A DNA stretch of 64,000 nt from Acidobacteriaceae bacterium. GTDB lineage: Bacteria; Acidobacteriota; Terriglobia; Terriglobales; Acidobacteriaceae. The position numbers were made by a program, and so were the translations under genes. A model generated the notes under the pieces. It was not told where the DNA came from. It did not search any database and was given only the letters and a program-made list of their open reading frames with translations. Positions within the stretch are counted from its first letter, which is position 1. Every line of letters begins with the position of its first letter. Positions 47,228 through 56,800 of this stretch are shown here, piece by piece. The DNA lies in the NCBI GenBank assembly GCA_043749775.1, contig JAYVCW010000208.1, positions 47,121 through 111,120 on the forward strand, written 5' to 3'.

Positions 47228-47977
47228 CTAGTTGCCCGAGTTGGGCGCCGGGGCCGCCAAGTCGCTTCGTTCGCGCGCTTGTGCCGCATACTTCCTGACC
47301 GTCGACAGGAAGGCTTCGCTTTCGCTGGTCGCTGGAACCTCGCCGGACAGAATTGCCCGGAAGTCCACCAGCTTGCCATACAGTACCGCGGTTTCATCCC
47401 TATCCTGGGTAATCGCGGAACCGCTCAGGTCGATGCCGGCGAACACGCCGCGCGCACGGGAATACGTCAGGATCTCAGCCTTCATCTTCCAGTCGGTGCC
47501 TGCACTGGTATCGCGCCCTACAGGACCCGCGGCGGCGGAGGCGTCCGCGCCCAGCTTGAACTTGCTGGACAACAGATGCTGCATTCCGTTTTCATTGGTA
47601 ACGATCATCACCAGATCCACGGCCTGACCGCCCAGTTGCAATCCCCAGCTGCCGCCAGTAATAGTGATCGGGGCCGGTGCGCTCCAGCCATGCTCGGTGC
47701 GGCAGGTGGCCACGCCTTTTCCGTGAGTGCCACCAAACCCGATGGCGATCTTCACCATCGAGGGAACCACCGCGATACATTTCGCGTTTTGCATGATCTC
47801 GTTGGGAACCGCTTTGTCCGGTGTCCCCATGATTTCGTCGAGAACGCTCGCTGAAGCTTGAATGCGTTTGTCAATGTCCGTTCGGCCCTTGTCATGATCA
47901 TCAGCAGCCAGACTTGCGGCTGCAAACATCAGGATGGTGGCGAATAATGCCACGCTCTTACCTGTCCGTGAATTCAT
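47228..47977 (-). CDS. SYLF (Ysc84/DUF500) lipid-binding-domain protein, exported
   Basis: 249 aa with a signal peptide. GGSWGLQLGG, GADASAAAGPVGRD and YSRARGVFAGIDLSGS match the SYLF domain pattern. Confidence 0.8.
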   Translation of the reverse strand: MNSRTGKSVALFATILMFAAASLAADDHDKGRTDIDKRIQASASVLDEIMGTPDKAVPNEIMQNAKCIAVVPSMVKIAIGFGGTHGKGVATCRTEHGWSAPAPITITGGSWGLQLGGQAVDLVMIVTNENGMQHLLSSKFKLGADASAAAGPVGRDTSAGTDWKMKAEILTYSRARGVFAGIDLSGSAITQDRDETAVLYGKLVDFRAILSGEVPATSESEAFLSTVRKYAAQARERSDLAAPAPNSGN

Positions 47978-48056
47978 CTTCGAACCTCCATGTTGTTCTG
48001 TCTTAGTCTCGGTTTCTTTCCGCGTTCAATCCGCGATCACCCTCTGCGCCGCTGTG

Positions 48057-48767
48057 CTACATGGCAGGCACTGCACTCCGGCTCACATTGGCCGCGCCGA
48101 ATTCGAGCAGGGACTCCCACTTCTCCACGAAAGCGTCGCGATTGCCCTGTTTGGCCGACTGGGTTTGAGGACGCACCTCCTCCGGATTGGTCAGGAATTC
48201 GCGGATGCGCATTTTGGCTTTGTGAAGCTGCGACTTCGAGTTGCCTGTCGAGCAGCCCAGCACCTCGGCGATCTCGCGGTGTTCATAACCTTCCACTTCA
48301 TGAAGGAGGAATACCGTTCTGTAGCCTTCTGGCAATTCCCGGATCGCATCGATCAGAGCGATGCGGTCGATACAGCCCGCCAGATTACGGTCCCGGGTGC
48401 CGTATTCACGCCGAACCGGCGTGGCATCGGCGTTCTTGCTGCAGGGCTCGTCCAGCGAGAGCTGCGGCAGGGTCTTCTTGCGGAAGCGCATCAGAACCGT
48501 GTTTACGGCGATGCGGTGGATCCACGTGGAAAGAGCTGAGTCCCCTCGAAACGTCCCCAGCTTGCGGAATACCTGCAGGAAAGCGTCCTGGGTAAGATCC
48601 TCAGCTTCGGCGACATTATTAGTCATGCGCAGGCACAGCGAATAAACGCGTGCTTTCTGCGACTGAAAGAGGACAGCGAAGGCATCGGCGTCGCCACGCT
48701 GGGCCCGTTCGATGAGGTCGGCGTCAAGACGGGCACCCGAAGGAACGGATTCAGAGATGTTGTTCAC
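48057..48767 (-). CDS. ECF-type sigma-70 family sigma factor with a ~50-aa C-terminal extension
   Basis: Region 2 is DLTQDAFLQVFRKL..WIHRIAVN and region 4 is REIAEVLGCSTGNSKSQLHKAKMRIRE. No anti-sigma-like ORF is adjacent. Confidence 0.9.
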   Translation of the reverse strand: MNNISESVPSGARLDADLIERAQRGDADAFAVLFQSQKARVYSLCLRMTNNVAEAEDLTQDAFLQVFRKLGTFRGDSALSTWIHRIAVNTVLMRFRKKTLPQLSLDEPCSKNADATPVRREYGTRDRNLAGCIDRIALIDAIRELPEGYRTVFLLHEVEGYEHREIAEVLGCSTGNSKSQLHKAKMRIREFLTNPEEVRPQTQSAKQGNRDAFVEKWESLLEFGAANVSRSAVPAM

Positions 48768-49101
48768 GTGAAGCTCCTTTCAAGAAAGCATCAGACTTAT
48801 AAAACGTCCGCGATCGGGTCTGCTAATCTCTACAAACCGCCCCGGCAGGAACCACATTAGATTCCCTCCAGAAAATGTTCTATCCGAGGCAACCTGTATC
48901 GCGTTTTGTACTTTGCTGTATGAAATTCGGGGGTGCCCTAAGGTGTTGTTTGCGGCTAAGGAAGCTGGCGAAGCCTTGCCGGGCGCTGGATACAGGGAAC
49001 CCTGCAGCGATCTACAGTTGGGTCAGGATTGTGTCCCGCCCAGCGAGTGCCTATTCTTCGAATCACGATGACATACACCCGCAATTTATCCCACCACCCA
49101 A

Positions 49102-49158
49102 GCAGGGGCCAGCTTGCTGAACACAAGCTGGCACCTGCTCCTCGCCTTTTCTTTTCGG
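49102..49158 (+). terminator. Strong hairpin plus T-rich tail inside a 606-bp non-coding gap (possible 3' end of an unannotated plus-strand transcript)
   Basis: GCAGGGGCCAGCTT, a 9-nt loop, then AAGCTGGCACCTGC (13 of 14 pairs), followed by TCCTCGCCTTTTCTTTTCGG. The T-tract is offset by 8 nt, so this is not canonical. Confidence 0.35.
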
Positions 49159-49373
49159 TGCGGTGAATGCCGCGTCTGTGGTGGAAAGCTAATATCTGAC
49201 TTAAGCGCGAGAGAACGAACGTTAATCAGGAATGGGCGAGCTCTCGATTTCGGAGTTCGAGTTTTCTTGCGGTGCTCGGCCTGGTGGAGACAGCAGCCGG
49301 AATATCGAAATCTCCCTTTGCACTGACAAACACACATCCGACCCGTCAAACGGGCCGACGTATGGCGGTTGGG

Positions 49374-50072
49374 TTACGCGGCGGGTCCCTCTCCGGACGC
49401 CGCCAACGAAGGAACCTCGACCTGAATAATATTGTTCTTCACCGCGTAAACGACCAAGTCGCGGATCGAATGAAAACCGAGTTTTCGCATGATATTGCTG
49501 CGATGGGTTTCGGCAGTCTTAGTACTCAAATTCAGTAACGACGCAACTTCCTTCGAACTTTTTCCTTCTGCCAGCAACTGTATGACTTCCCTCTCTCGGG
49601 GAGTTAGCTGCGGCAACTGGGGCGGGGTGTGCGCTCCTCCACTTGGACCCCGGCCGAGAAATCCGTTCAGCACCATGTCATTCACCCGGGGAGTGAAGAA
49701 CATCCGGTTTCGCTGAAGCGCTTCTACCGCTGTCACCAAGTCCCGAGCCGCATCGGACTTCAACACGAAGCCGCGGGCACCCGCATTTAAGGCCTCCCGA
49801 ACCACCTGGTCTGAGTCAGTGATCGTCAATACGATTACCTTGCACTGCGGATCCTGCTGGAGCAATTGACGAGTGGCCACAAGCCCATTGAGGTTTGGCA
49901 TGCCGACATCGAGAATCACGACGTCTGGCTTCAACAGCCGAGCCTTCTCAACGGCCACGGCGCCATCGGTGGCCTCTCCACAAATTTCCCAGCCTTCATG
50001 CGCCTGCAACAGTGTGCAAAGTCCACGACGAACCACTTCGTGGTCGTCGGCAACCAAAATTCGAAGCTTCAT
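49374..50072 (-). CDS. NarL/FixJ-type response regulator (REC + LuxR HTH), paralog of 46491-47144
   Basis: 232 aa. ADDHEVVRRGLCTLLQAHEGWEICGEATDG parallels ADDHEIVRRGIRTVLENHEGWEICGEARDG in the other copy. The HTH is LTPREREVIQLLAEGKSSKEVA. Confidence 0.9.
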   Translation of the reverse strand: MKLRILVADDHEVVRRGLCTLLQAHEGWEICGEATDGAVAVEKARLLKPDVVILDVGMPNLNGLVATRQLLQQDPQCKVIVLTITDSDQVVREALNAGARGFVLKSDAARDLVTAVEALQRNRMFFTPRVNDMVLNGFLGRGPSGGAHTPPQLPQLTPREREVIQLLAEGKSSKEVASLLNLSTKTAETHRSNIMRKLGFHSIRDLVVYAVKNNIIQVEVPSLAASGEGPAA

Positions 50073-50102
50073 AGGTCTTTCTCCGTTCTTCCATCTCCAA
50101 CG

Positions 50103-50537
50103 TCAATTTCTATCTTCCCCGGGCGCTGATGCCTCTGGACTTCGGGCTATAAAATCTTTGTGCTGGCTTACGGCCTCCACGGCCGCCAGCAAATCACGCG
50201 GGGCGTTCGACTTCACGACAAAGCCCTTCGCTCCACATTGAAATGCTTCCCGCATCATTTGCGGAGAATCGTGCTGGGTCACAATCAGTATTTCGCACTC
50301 CGGATTACTCTGGCGAATCTGCCGACATGCCTCTAACCCATGCATTCGAGGCATGGTGACGTCCAGAACAACGACGTCTGGACGTAGTTGGCCCGCTATC
50401 TCGACGGCTTCCTGGCCGTCGGTGGCTTCTGCAATCACTTCCCACCCCGGGCGCTCTCCCAGAAGGCTTTTCAGGCCCCGCCTTACAACAGGATGGTCAT
50501 CGGCGATCAAAATCCGAATTGTCGTTACATTCTCCAC
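50103..50537 (-). CDS. Single-domain response regulator (REC only), third paralog lacking the HTH
   Basis: 144 aa. ADDHPVVRRGLKSLLGERPGWEVIAEATDG shows the same paralog family. The ORF ends just after the receiver domain, 30 bp upstream of the next response-regulator gene. Confidence 0.85.
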   Translation of the reverse strand: MENVTTIRILIADDHPVVRRGLKSLLGERPGWEVIAEATDGQEAVEIAGQLRPDVVVLDVTMPRMHGLEACRQIRQSNPECEILIVTQHDSPQMMREAFQCGAKGFVVKSNAPRDLLAAVEAVSQHKDFIARSPEASAPGEDRN

Positions 50538-50880
50538 TCACGGTCGGGGCCGCCCGTATGTCAGGGAGAAGTTTAGTGGTCAGTCAGAGGGGGCGGAATA
50601 CAGGGATTACTGTATTTTCCACAATTACCTCACTCTGTTTCCCTACATGTTTCTGCGGAGAGCATTCCGGGCCACGCCGGCAAATGGCCCTTCCCCATTC
50701 GTTTATGTTTTTTTGCCTCCGCTTTCGCGGGGCTCCCCGGTTGATTCGCCTCTACCGAAACGCAGGACTCGACTTAGGGCATTTACCGGATTCCCGTATT
50801 CGGTTGTTCTCTTTAAACTCGCGCCATAAACGGGCTTGTCGTACCGCACGGCAATTCGGGTCTCCTTGGGAAATCGCTCC

Positions 50881-51321
50881 ATGACAAAAACAACCGCATC
50901 CGTTTTGGCCGCGCTGGCGTTGGTGACAGCGACTAGTGCGGCAACGGCTGCTGAAATCTCGACTAGGTCAGCGTTGAAGGGATGTCTGTTGGCATCCCCG
51001 GTCGGCGCATATCAATTGACCGAAGACGAGACCGGCACGGTTTACGATCTTGTTGGCAATTCGGAAACGCTCGGGCAGTTGGTTGGCTCGGACGTCTTGG
51101 TCACTGGAAGCCATCTCGCTCAGAATGCAGACCGTGTTGGCTCTTCACGCGACGGCCGGCTTGTAAGCCAGGTGGGTGCTAAAGACACTTCCCAGAGTGA
51201 TTCCCCCGCGCAAGATTCGTTTCGAGTGACGGGGGCGATCAAGTTCAACGATCTCTGCGTTCTCTCCACTGCGAAGTCAACCTACCAGCATTCTGAATCG
51301 GAGATAGAAGTCGAGCAATAG
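50881..51321 (+). CDS. Small secreted protein, GCL...YxLTxD...VGxxVxxTG family (paralog of 60657-61130)
   Basis: The ATG at 50881 gives MTKTTASVLAALALVTATSAATA (signal peptide). The core LKGCLLASPVGAYQLTEDETGTVYDLVGNSETLGQLVGSDVLVTG aligns with the other copy. Confidence 0.55.
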   Translation: MTKTTASVLAALALVTATSAATAAEISTRSALKGCLLASPVGAYQLTEDETGTVYDLVGNSETLGQLVGSDVLVTGSHLAQNADRVGSSRDGRLVSQVGAKDTSQSDSPAQDSFRVTGAIKFNDLCVLSTAKSTYQHSESEIEVEQ

Positions 51322-51352
51322 CACCCCGTCCTCCAACGTATTCCGTCCCTCG

Positions 51353-52351
51353 CTACTTTCCACTTTGCGGACTGAACCGGTACCCAGTCTTGAGCTCGCA
51401 TCGGTAGTTCCTGGATTCGTCCTTGTCAATGCCGATATGGCAATCGGCCCATCGCAGGGAGGGATCGGGCCCCAACGGGAAAATAATGGCCTCTCCACCA
51501 ACGTCTGCTTCAATGCTGGGCCCTTCCGCCGACGCCGGCATGGTGAAGTTCAAAGTGCGCCCAAAAATCACAGGATACGTATTGTGTACGGTATCGCTGA
51601 CCATGGGATGAACCACTTCAGCCTCCAGCAGAAACGTGGCGGTGTCAGACCAGTCGCGCACTGACACAATAAAATTGCGCCCTTCGCGCGCAAGTTCCTC
51701 TAATTCGATTTTTGTAAACGGACAAGGCCCGGCGATGCACGAAACTCGGGCATTGCGGAATTGATTTCCCTGCCCCGCGTCGAGTGACATTGACGATATC
51801 GCAGCTTTCCATTTCCTGTCCGGCGAGCAAACCAACGTCTTGGCACACGGCACGTTCCCCTTGTTCTCGACTTGAAAGGTCCGAACCGAACTTCCAACGT
51901 TCGCCTCGGCCGTCGCCTTCACGGTGTAGCGCACACGCGCACTCCCCACTACGATCTCAGGTCCATGGGTGGCGGCGTCGGTGTTCTGGGCGACGGGCGC
52001 CATTCGCGCCACATAGAGCTTGTCGCTGATAGCGTCGTTCAGATCCAGCGGTTGATAGTCCTGATGGCGGAATTGCAGAACGATGGGTTCGCGCCGCCGG
52101 AGCCCCCGAGGCAGAGTGATGGTGAAGAAGCCCGAGGGTCCAGATTTGGCCTTGCCGATTTCAAGGCCCTCAATCGCGGTAACGTCCACATCAGCAACCG
52201 GCGCCTGCTTGCTGGGGTCCGGGGCTTGCCGCAATACTGCGCCCTTCAGGACGATTGGCGAGCGATGGCGGAGGAAATAGACAGTCAGCGAAATTCCTGC
52301 GGCCGCCAGCACTAAGATTACCCAGATCAACGTTTTATTCGCAGGTTTCAT
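51353..52351 (-). CDS. Membrane-anchored protein of unknown function
   Basis: I prefer the internal ATG at 52351 (MKPANKTLIWVILVLAAAGISL is an N-terminal TM helix). The longer track ORF would run across the divergent intergenic region. Confidence 0.55.
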   Translation of the reverse strand: MKPANKTLIWVILVLAAAGISLTVYFLRHRSPIVLKGAVLRQAPDPSKQAPVADVDVTAIEGLEIGKAKSGPSGFFTITLPRGLRRREPIVLQFRHQDYQPLDLNDAISDKLYVARMAPVAQNTDAATHGPEIVVGSARVRYTVKATAEANVGSSVRTFQVENKGNVPCAKTLVCSPDRKWKAAISSMSLDAGQGNQFRNARVSCIAGPCPFTKIELEELAREGRNFIVSVRDWSDTATFLLEAEVVHPMVSDTVHNTYPVIFGRTLNFTMPASAEGPSIEADVGGEAIIFPLGPDPSLRWADCHIGIDKDESRNYRCELKTGYRFSPQSGK

Positions 52352-52506
52352 TCCTACGGGACCATCTTTCCGGTTCTCATGCGTTCCCCAAGTTTGAGCC
52401 TTTAATGCTAGATTTCTATGACGCGCTTTGCGGGCGCCCATTGCCGCAGGGGGACCCAGAGCGACCACGGTCAATTCTGGGCGCGACAGCGTCTAAAGGT
52501 CAAGGG

Positions 52507-53865
52507 ATGCAGAAGAAAGAACAAATCAGCGATCAGATCCAGGCGTTGTCGAGACGTGGCTTGCTGCTGCGGGCTCCGGCAATCGCGCTTCTGGGATTGT
52601 TCCAGTCCCGGCTGTTTTCCCCGCTTGCGCTGGCCGAGCAAAAAGATTCTGTTCCCCAATCCGGCGCTTCTCCGGCGAAGCTCTCGACGGCAGATGATCA
52701 GTTTCTTGACGAACTGGAAAAACGCAACTTCAAGTATTTTTGGGAACAGGCCAGCCCGCAGACAGGGTTGATCAAAGACCGTTGCACTGTTCTCGCCAAT
52801 GACACCAGCACCGTCGCCAGCATAGCAGCCACCGGCTTCGGCTTGACCGCACTGTGCATCGGAGAAAAACGCGGGTTCATCCCCCTGGCTGACGCGCGCG
52901 GCCGGGTGCTGGCTGCCCTCCGATTCATTGGCAAGAAAATGCCCACCCATCGCGGGTTCTTTTACCACTTTGCCGACCTGAACACCGGCGAACGAGTCTG
53001 GGACTCGGAAGTCTCTTCCGTGGACACGACGATTTTGCTGTGTGGAATTCTCTGCTGCCGCCAGCATTTTGAGAAGCATTCCGAAATCAGCCTACTGGCT
53101 TCCGAAATTGTGGATCGAGTGGATTGGAGCTGGCTCTCGGAAGACACGTCGCTGCTGCCGCACGGCTGGACGCCGGAAGGCGGCTTTCTCCCCTATCGCT
53201 GGGATTACTACAGCGAATTGATGATGATGTATTTGTTGGGTATGGGGTCGTTGACCCACCCGCTGCCGGTCGAAGCGTGGAACGCATGGAAGCGGACCAC
53301 GTTTGAATACGACGGATTACGTTACATCGGATCTTTCGCGCCGCTTTTTGTGCACCAATACTCGCAAGCCTGGTTTGATTTTCGCGGCCAGCGCGATAAA
53401 TATGCCGACTACTTCCAGAACTCCATTCTGGCAACCCAGGCCCATCGCCGTTTCTGTCTGGACCTGGCGAAGCAGTTCCCCGATTACAGCGAGAACCTCT
53501 GGGGCATCAGCGCATCAGATTCGGAAAAGGGATACGTAGTGTGGGGAGGGCCCCCCGCGATTGGACCAATCGACGGGACCGTGGTGCCCAGCGCATCAGC
53601 CGGGTCATTGCCTTTTCTGCCCCAACCGGTGATGCAAGTCCTCCGGAACATCAAGGACCGCTACCCGCGGGCTTGGAGCAAGTATGGATTCATCAATGCG
53701 TTCAACCCGCTGAAGCAATGGTACGACCCGGACGTAGATGGAATCGATATTGGAATCACGATGCTGATGGCCGAAAACGCCCGCACCGGCTTCGTCTGGG
53801 AGACGTTCATGAAAAATCCAGAACCCAAGCGGGGTATGGAACTCGCTGGCTTCAAAAAGTATTAA
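52507..53865 (+). CDS. Tat-exported glucoamylase-family / GH144-like endo-beta-1,2-glucanase candidate
   Basis: The ATG at 52507 gives MQKKEQ...LSRRGLLLRAPAIALLG (twin-arginine motif). FKYFWEQASPQTGLIKDR and an (alpha/alpha)6-type body are typical of this family. Confidence 0.75.
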   Translation: MQKKEQISDQIQALSRRGLLLRAPAIALLGLFQSRLFSPLALAEQKDSVPQSGASPAKLSTADDQFLDELEKRNFKYFWEQASPQTGLIKDRCTVLANDTSTVASIAATGFGLTALCIGEKRGFIPLADARGRVLAALRFIGKKMPTHRGFFYHFADLNTGERVWDSEVSSVDTTILLCGILCCRQHFEKHSEISLLASEIVDRVDWSWLSEDTSLLPHGWTPEGGFLPYRWDYYSELMMMYLLGMGSLTHPLPVEAWNAWKRTTFEYDGLRYIGSFAPLFVHQYSQAWFDFRGQRDKYADYFQNSILATQAHRRFCLDLAKQFPDYSENLWGISASDSEKGYVVWGGPPAIGPIDGTVVPSASAGSLPFLPQPVMQVLRNIKDRYPRAWSKYGFINAFNPLKQWYDPDVDGIDIGITMLMAENARTGFVWETFMKNPEPKRGMELAGFKKY

Positions 53866-53886
53866 CCGTTAGCCGCAGCTTGAACC

Positions 53887-56800
53887 TCAGGCCACTCTGC
53901 TCCGAAAGCTTCGCCGCGTTGGCCGAACGTGTGTGGCCGGCTTCTCCTGGAGAAGGAGTTCCGTCGCCTGCACTTGCGGATGTTTGTGAAACCATCGCTG
54001 GACAATATCGTCCTGCAAAAAATTGGCAATTGAGAGCAGACTCATGCCCTGGTGATGAGCCATCCAGGTTCGTACCACTTCGGGGCCACGAAAACGGGCA
54101 CGGCGCCGTGACGCGTGAAAATCGATAGCCTCGTAGAAGCCGTAAACTCCTGCCCATCGCTTACCGAGCATCGTACGCAAGTTTTCCAGCGCCGCCGCGG
54201 GATCCACGTGGAGCGCCAAGAAGGTCGAGTAAGGCGAAATCACCGGGCCGTCGAGATCCACTCTTCCGGCAGCGAGTTGCGGCAAACCAAACGCGTAATA
54301 CTGATAATTCCCATCCCCGTCAGTTCTGAAGTAAGCGGATTCGGAAATGCCCCATGGAATGCCAAAGCTGTCGGCATGGGCGCGTTGTGACCGCACCGCG
54401 GCGATCAACGAGCGTTCCAGGAGCGTGTTTGGGTAGATCCGCATCCAGAGCGCGGGCATGAGATATTCGAACATCGTCCCGCTCCACGATCGCAGTACGG
54501 CACGGCCGTGATCGATCGTGTGACTACGGCCCAGCAGAAACCAGCTCTCCTGCGGAATGTCATCCTTGGCAATTCCGGCAAAGACGGCGATGCGCGATTC
54601 GGTGGCCAGCAAGTCGTAACGGCCGGTGAGCAGTTTCTCGGTTGCGACGTCGAGGCCGACGGAGAGCAGTCCCCGCTTCTGGTCCAGGAGGACTCCAAAG
54701 TCCATTTCGCTGGCGATTCTGCCCGCCTCATCGGCGATTTCCCTGAGATTTTTGATTAAGGAGACCACGTTCGCTCGAGCTTCCGGCAGCAGCGACAGCA
54801 ACGACCGGTGGAGTTCACCCGTTTCAACCGACGGCGCGGTTTTCAGCGCGGCCTGCAAACGGGACGAGAGATTGTCGATAAAGCCGGGAAGCGCCCCGAG
54901 CGGCGAAGCCGACGGGAGACGCTGCAGAAGGACCGCGCGATCATTTTCTAACCGCGCAAATTCCGGGAGCAGCCAGGGTGAGTAGAGCCGAGCAGTCCGG
55001 CGGGCATGGTGTATCCGCTCGCGAGCCTGTTCGCCAAACCAGCGGGCGTCGTCTGCATTCTTCGAGTTCGCGGCGCCTTCGTAAACCGCTTCGAGGGTCG
55101 TATCCGGGACTGTTATGAGAAATTGCAGCCAATTTTGCCGGTTGGAGTCCCGCTTGAACTCGGAGAAACGGCGGCGATCCAAGGCTCCGAGGTCCACCAG
55201 CGCATGAACGTTATCCAGGAAGCCAGCCGCCAATGCTGGTTGCAACAAAGGCCGGTGCAATAGTTCAATGCAACCACTCTGCAAAGTCCAGAGCGAAGCC
55301 ACAAGGTTGCCATTGTCCACCGATGAAACCACGGCAGGCGGCAGCGGAAGCAGCGATCGAGTGTCATACCAGTTGAGCAGATGGCCGCGATGTCTTGGCA
55401 GGCGGCGCACGCTTGCCAGAGTCTGAAGCGTGAGGTCAGCCAGTTCCGGGGTTGTAAGGTAACCAAACGTGCAGGCGACCTGGCGCGCATTGAGAAGGAA
55501 TCCGAGATTGGTGGGCGAGATTCGGCCCGCGATGATGGGCGGATCCTCTTGCACGTTATCGGGGATCAGCCAGTTATGTTCTTCCGTGCTGAACTCGGCG
55601 AAATAACGCCAAATGCGCAGCGCCGAGAAGTGCAGCAACCAGCGGTCTTTTCTTCCCGCCTGCCTGCGGGGTTCACGGGCAGGCCGGTTCAGCCATCGCG
55701 AAAGCGGCTGGCTGCACGCCCAGAGCACAAGGACGGGCGTCGCCGCGAGCAGCGCACTTCGATTCAAAAGGACCAATAGAAGAAACAAGGCGAGTGCGAG
55801 AACCGGAGCGTAGTCCAGGTAGATATCGAGCGCGGTGCGTTGCTGGCCCGAGAGTTCCGCCTGGGCCGCGGTTTCCCATTGCAGAAGCCGCTGCCTGGTG
55901 ACCAGGCGGCGAACTATGGTTCGTACCACAGCGTCCATCGAAAGAAGAGCCTGGTGCGCAAGGAAAGCAAATGTCAGCCAGTTGGCGACTCCCGCGTCCA
56001 CGAATGCGCCAACGGCGTCGAGTGCGCCTGACCGTGTCTTCACCACAGCGGCGCGAACCAAATCAAAAAGCAGCTGGACGAATGTCGGCAAAAACAGGAT
56101 GGCGATGGTTGCCAGCGTCCACGCCCATGGTCGGCCCGGAAGCAAAAACCACCCAAGCACCAGCAACACGAACGTGGCAGGCTCCACCAGACTGCGCCGC
56201 AAGTTGTCGAGAATCTTCCAACGCGAGACCACCGACAACGGGTTGTCCACCCACTTCCCGGACTCGTCCAAGACGCTGCGCCGCAACCATCCAGCAATCT
56301 GCCAGTCGCCTCTGAGCCAGCGGTGCTTGCGCCGGTTGTGGGCGTTGTAATGAGAAGGGCAATCCTCAATGATCTCGATGTCGCTGACCAAACCTGCGCG
56401 GGCGTAGGCACCCTCGACCAGGTCGTGACTCAGCAAAGCATTGCGGGGGAATCGACCATCCAAAACCCGGTGCAGGGTTTCCACTTCATAAATACCTTTA
56501 CCGACGAAAATGCCCTCGTCGTAAAGATCCTGATAAACGTCAGACACGGCGCGGGTATAAATATCGAGGCCGGTTTGACCGGAATAAATGCTCGCAAGCC
56601 TGGAACGCGCGGTACTTTGAACGCTGATTCCGACGCGCGGCTGCAAAATGCCATATCCCGCGACCACCACGCCGCGGTGCGGTTCGATAATCGCCTGGTT
56701 CAGCGGATGCGCAATCGCGCCGACCATGCGATGAGCTGACCCGCGTGGCAGTTCGGTATCGGAATCAAGCGTGATCACGAAACGCACACTCGACAACACA

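Noticed and set aside
48848-48872. GGAAC-containing ECF autoregulatory promoter near the sigma gene
   Set aside because: It lies on the plus strand, pointing away from the sigma gene, and has no matching -10 element.
48875-49120. 81-aa ORF in the sigma/response-regulator intergenic gap as a small protein gene
   Set aside because: It has no RBS, its composition is Cys/Arg/Pro-rich, and its stop codon falls in the loop of the hairpin. The region is more likely non-coding.
52255-52506. Longer N-terminal extensions of the GH144-like gene (from 52255) and of 51353-52474, which would overlap each other
   Set aside because: The extensions have no signal or TM logic and overlap on opposite strands. 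The internal ATGs (52507 and 52351) yield a Tat signal and an N-terminal TM helix respectively.
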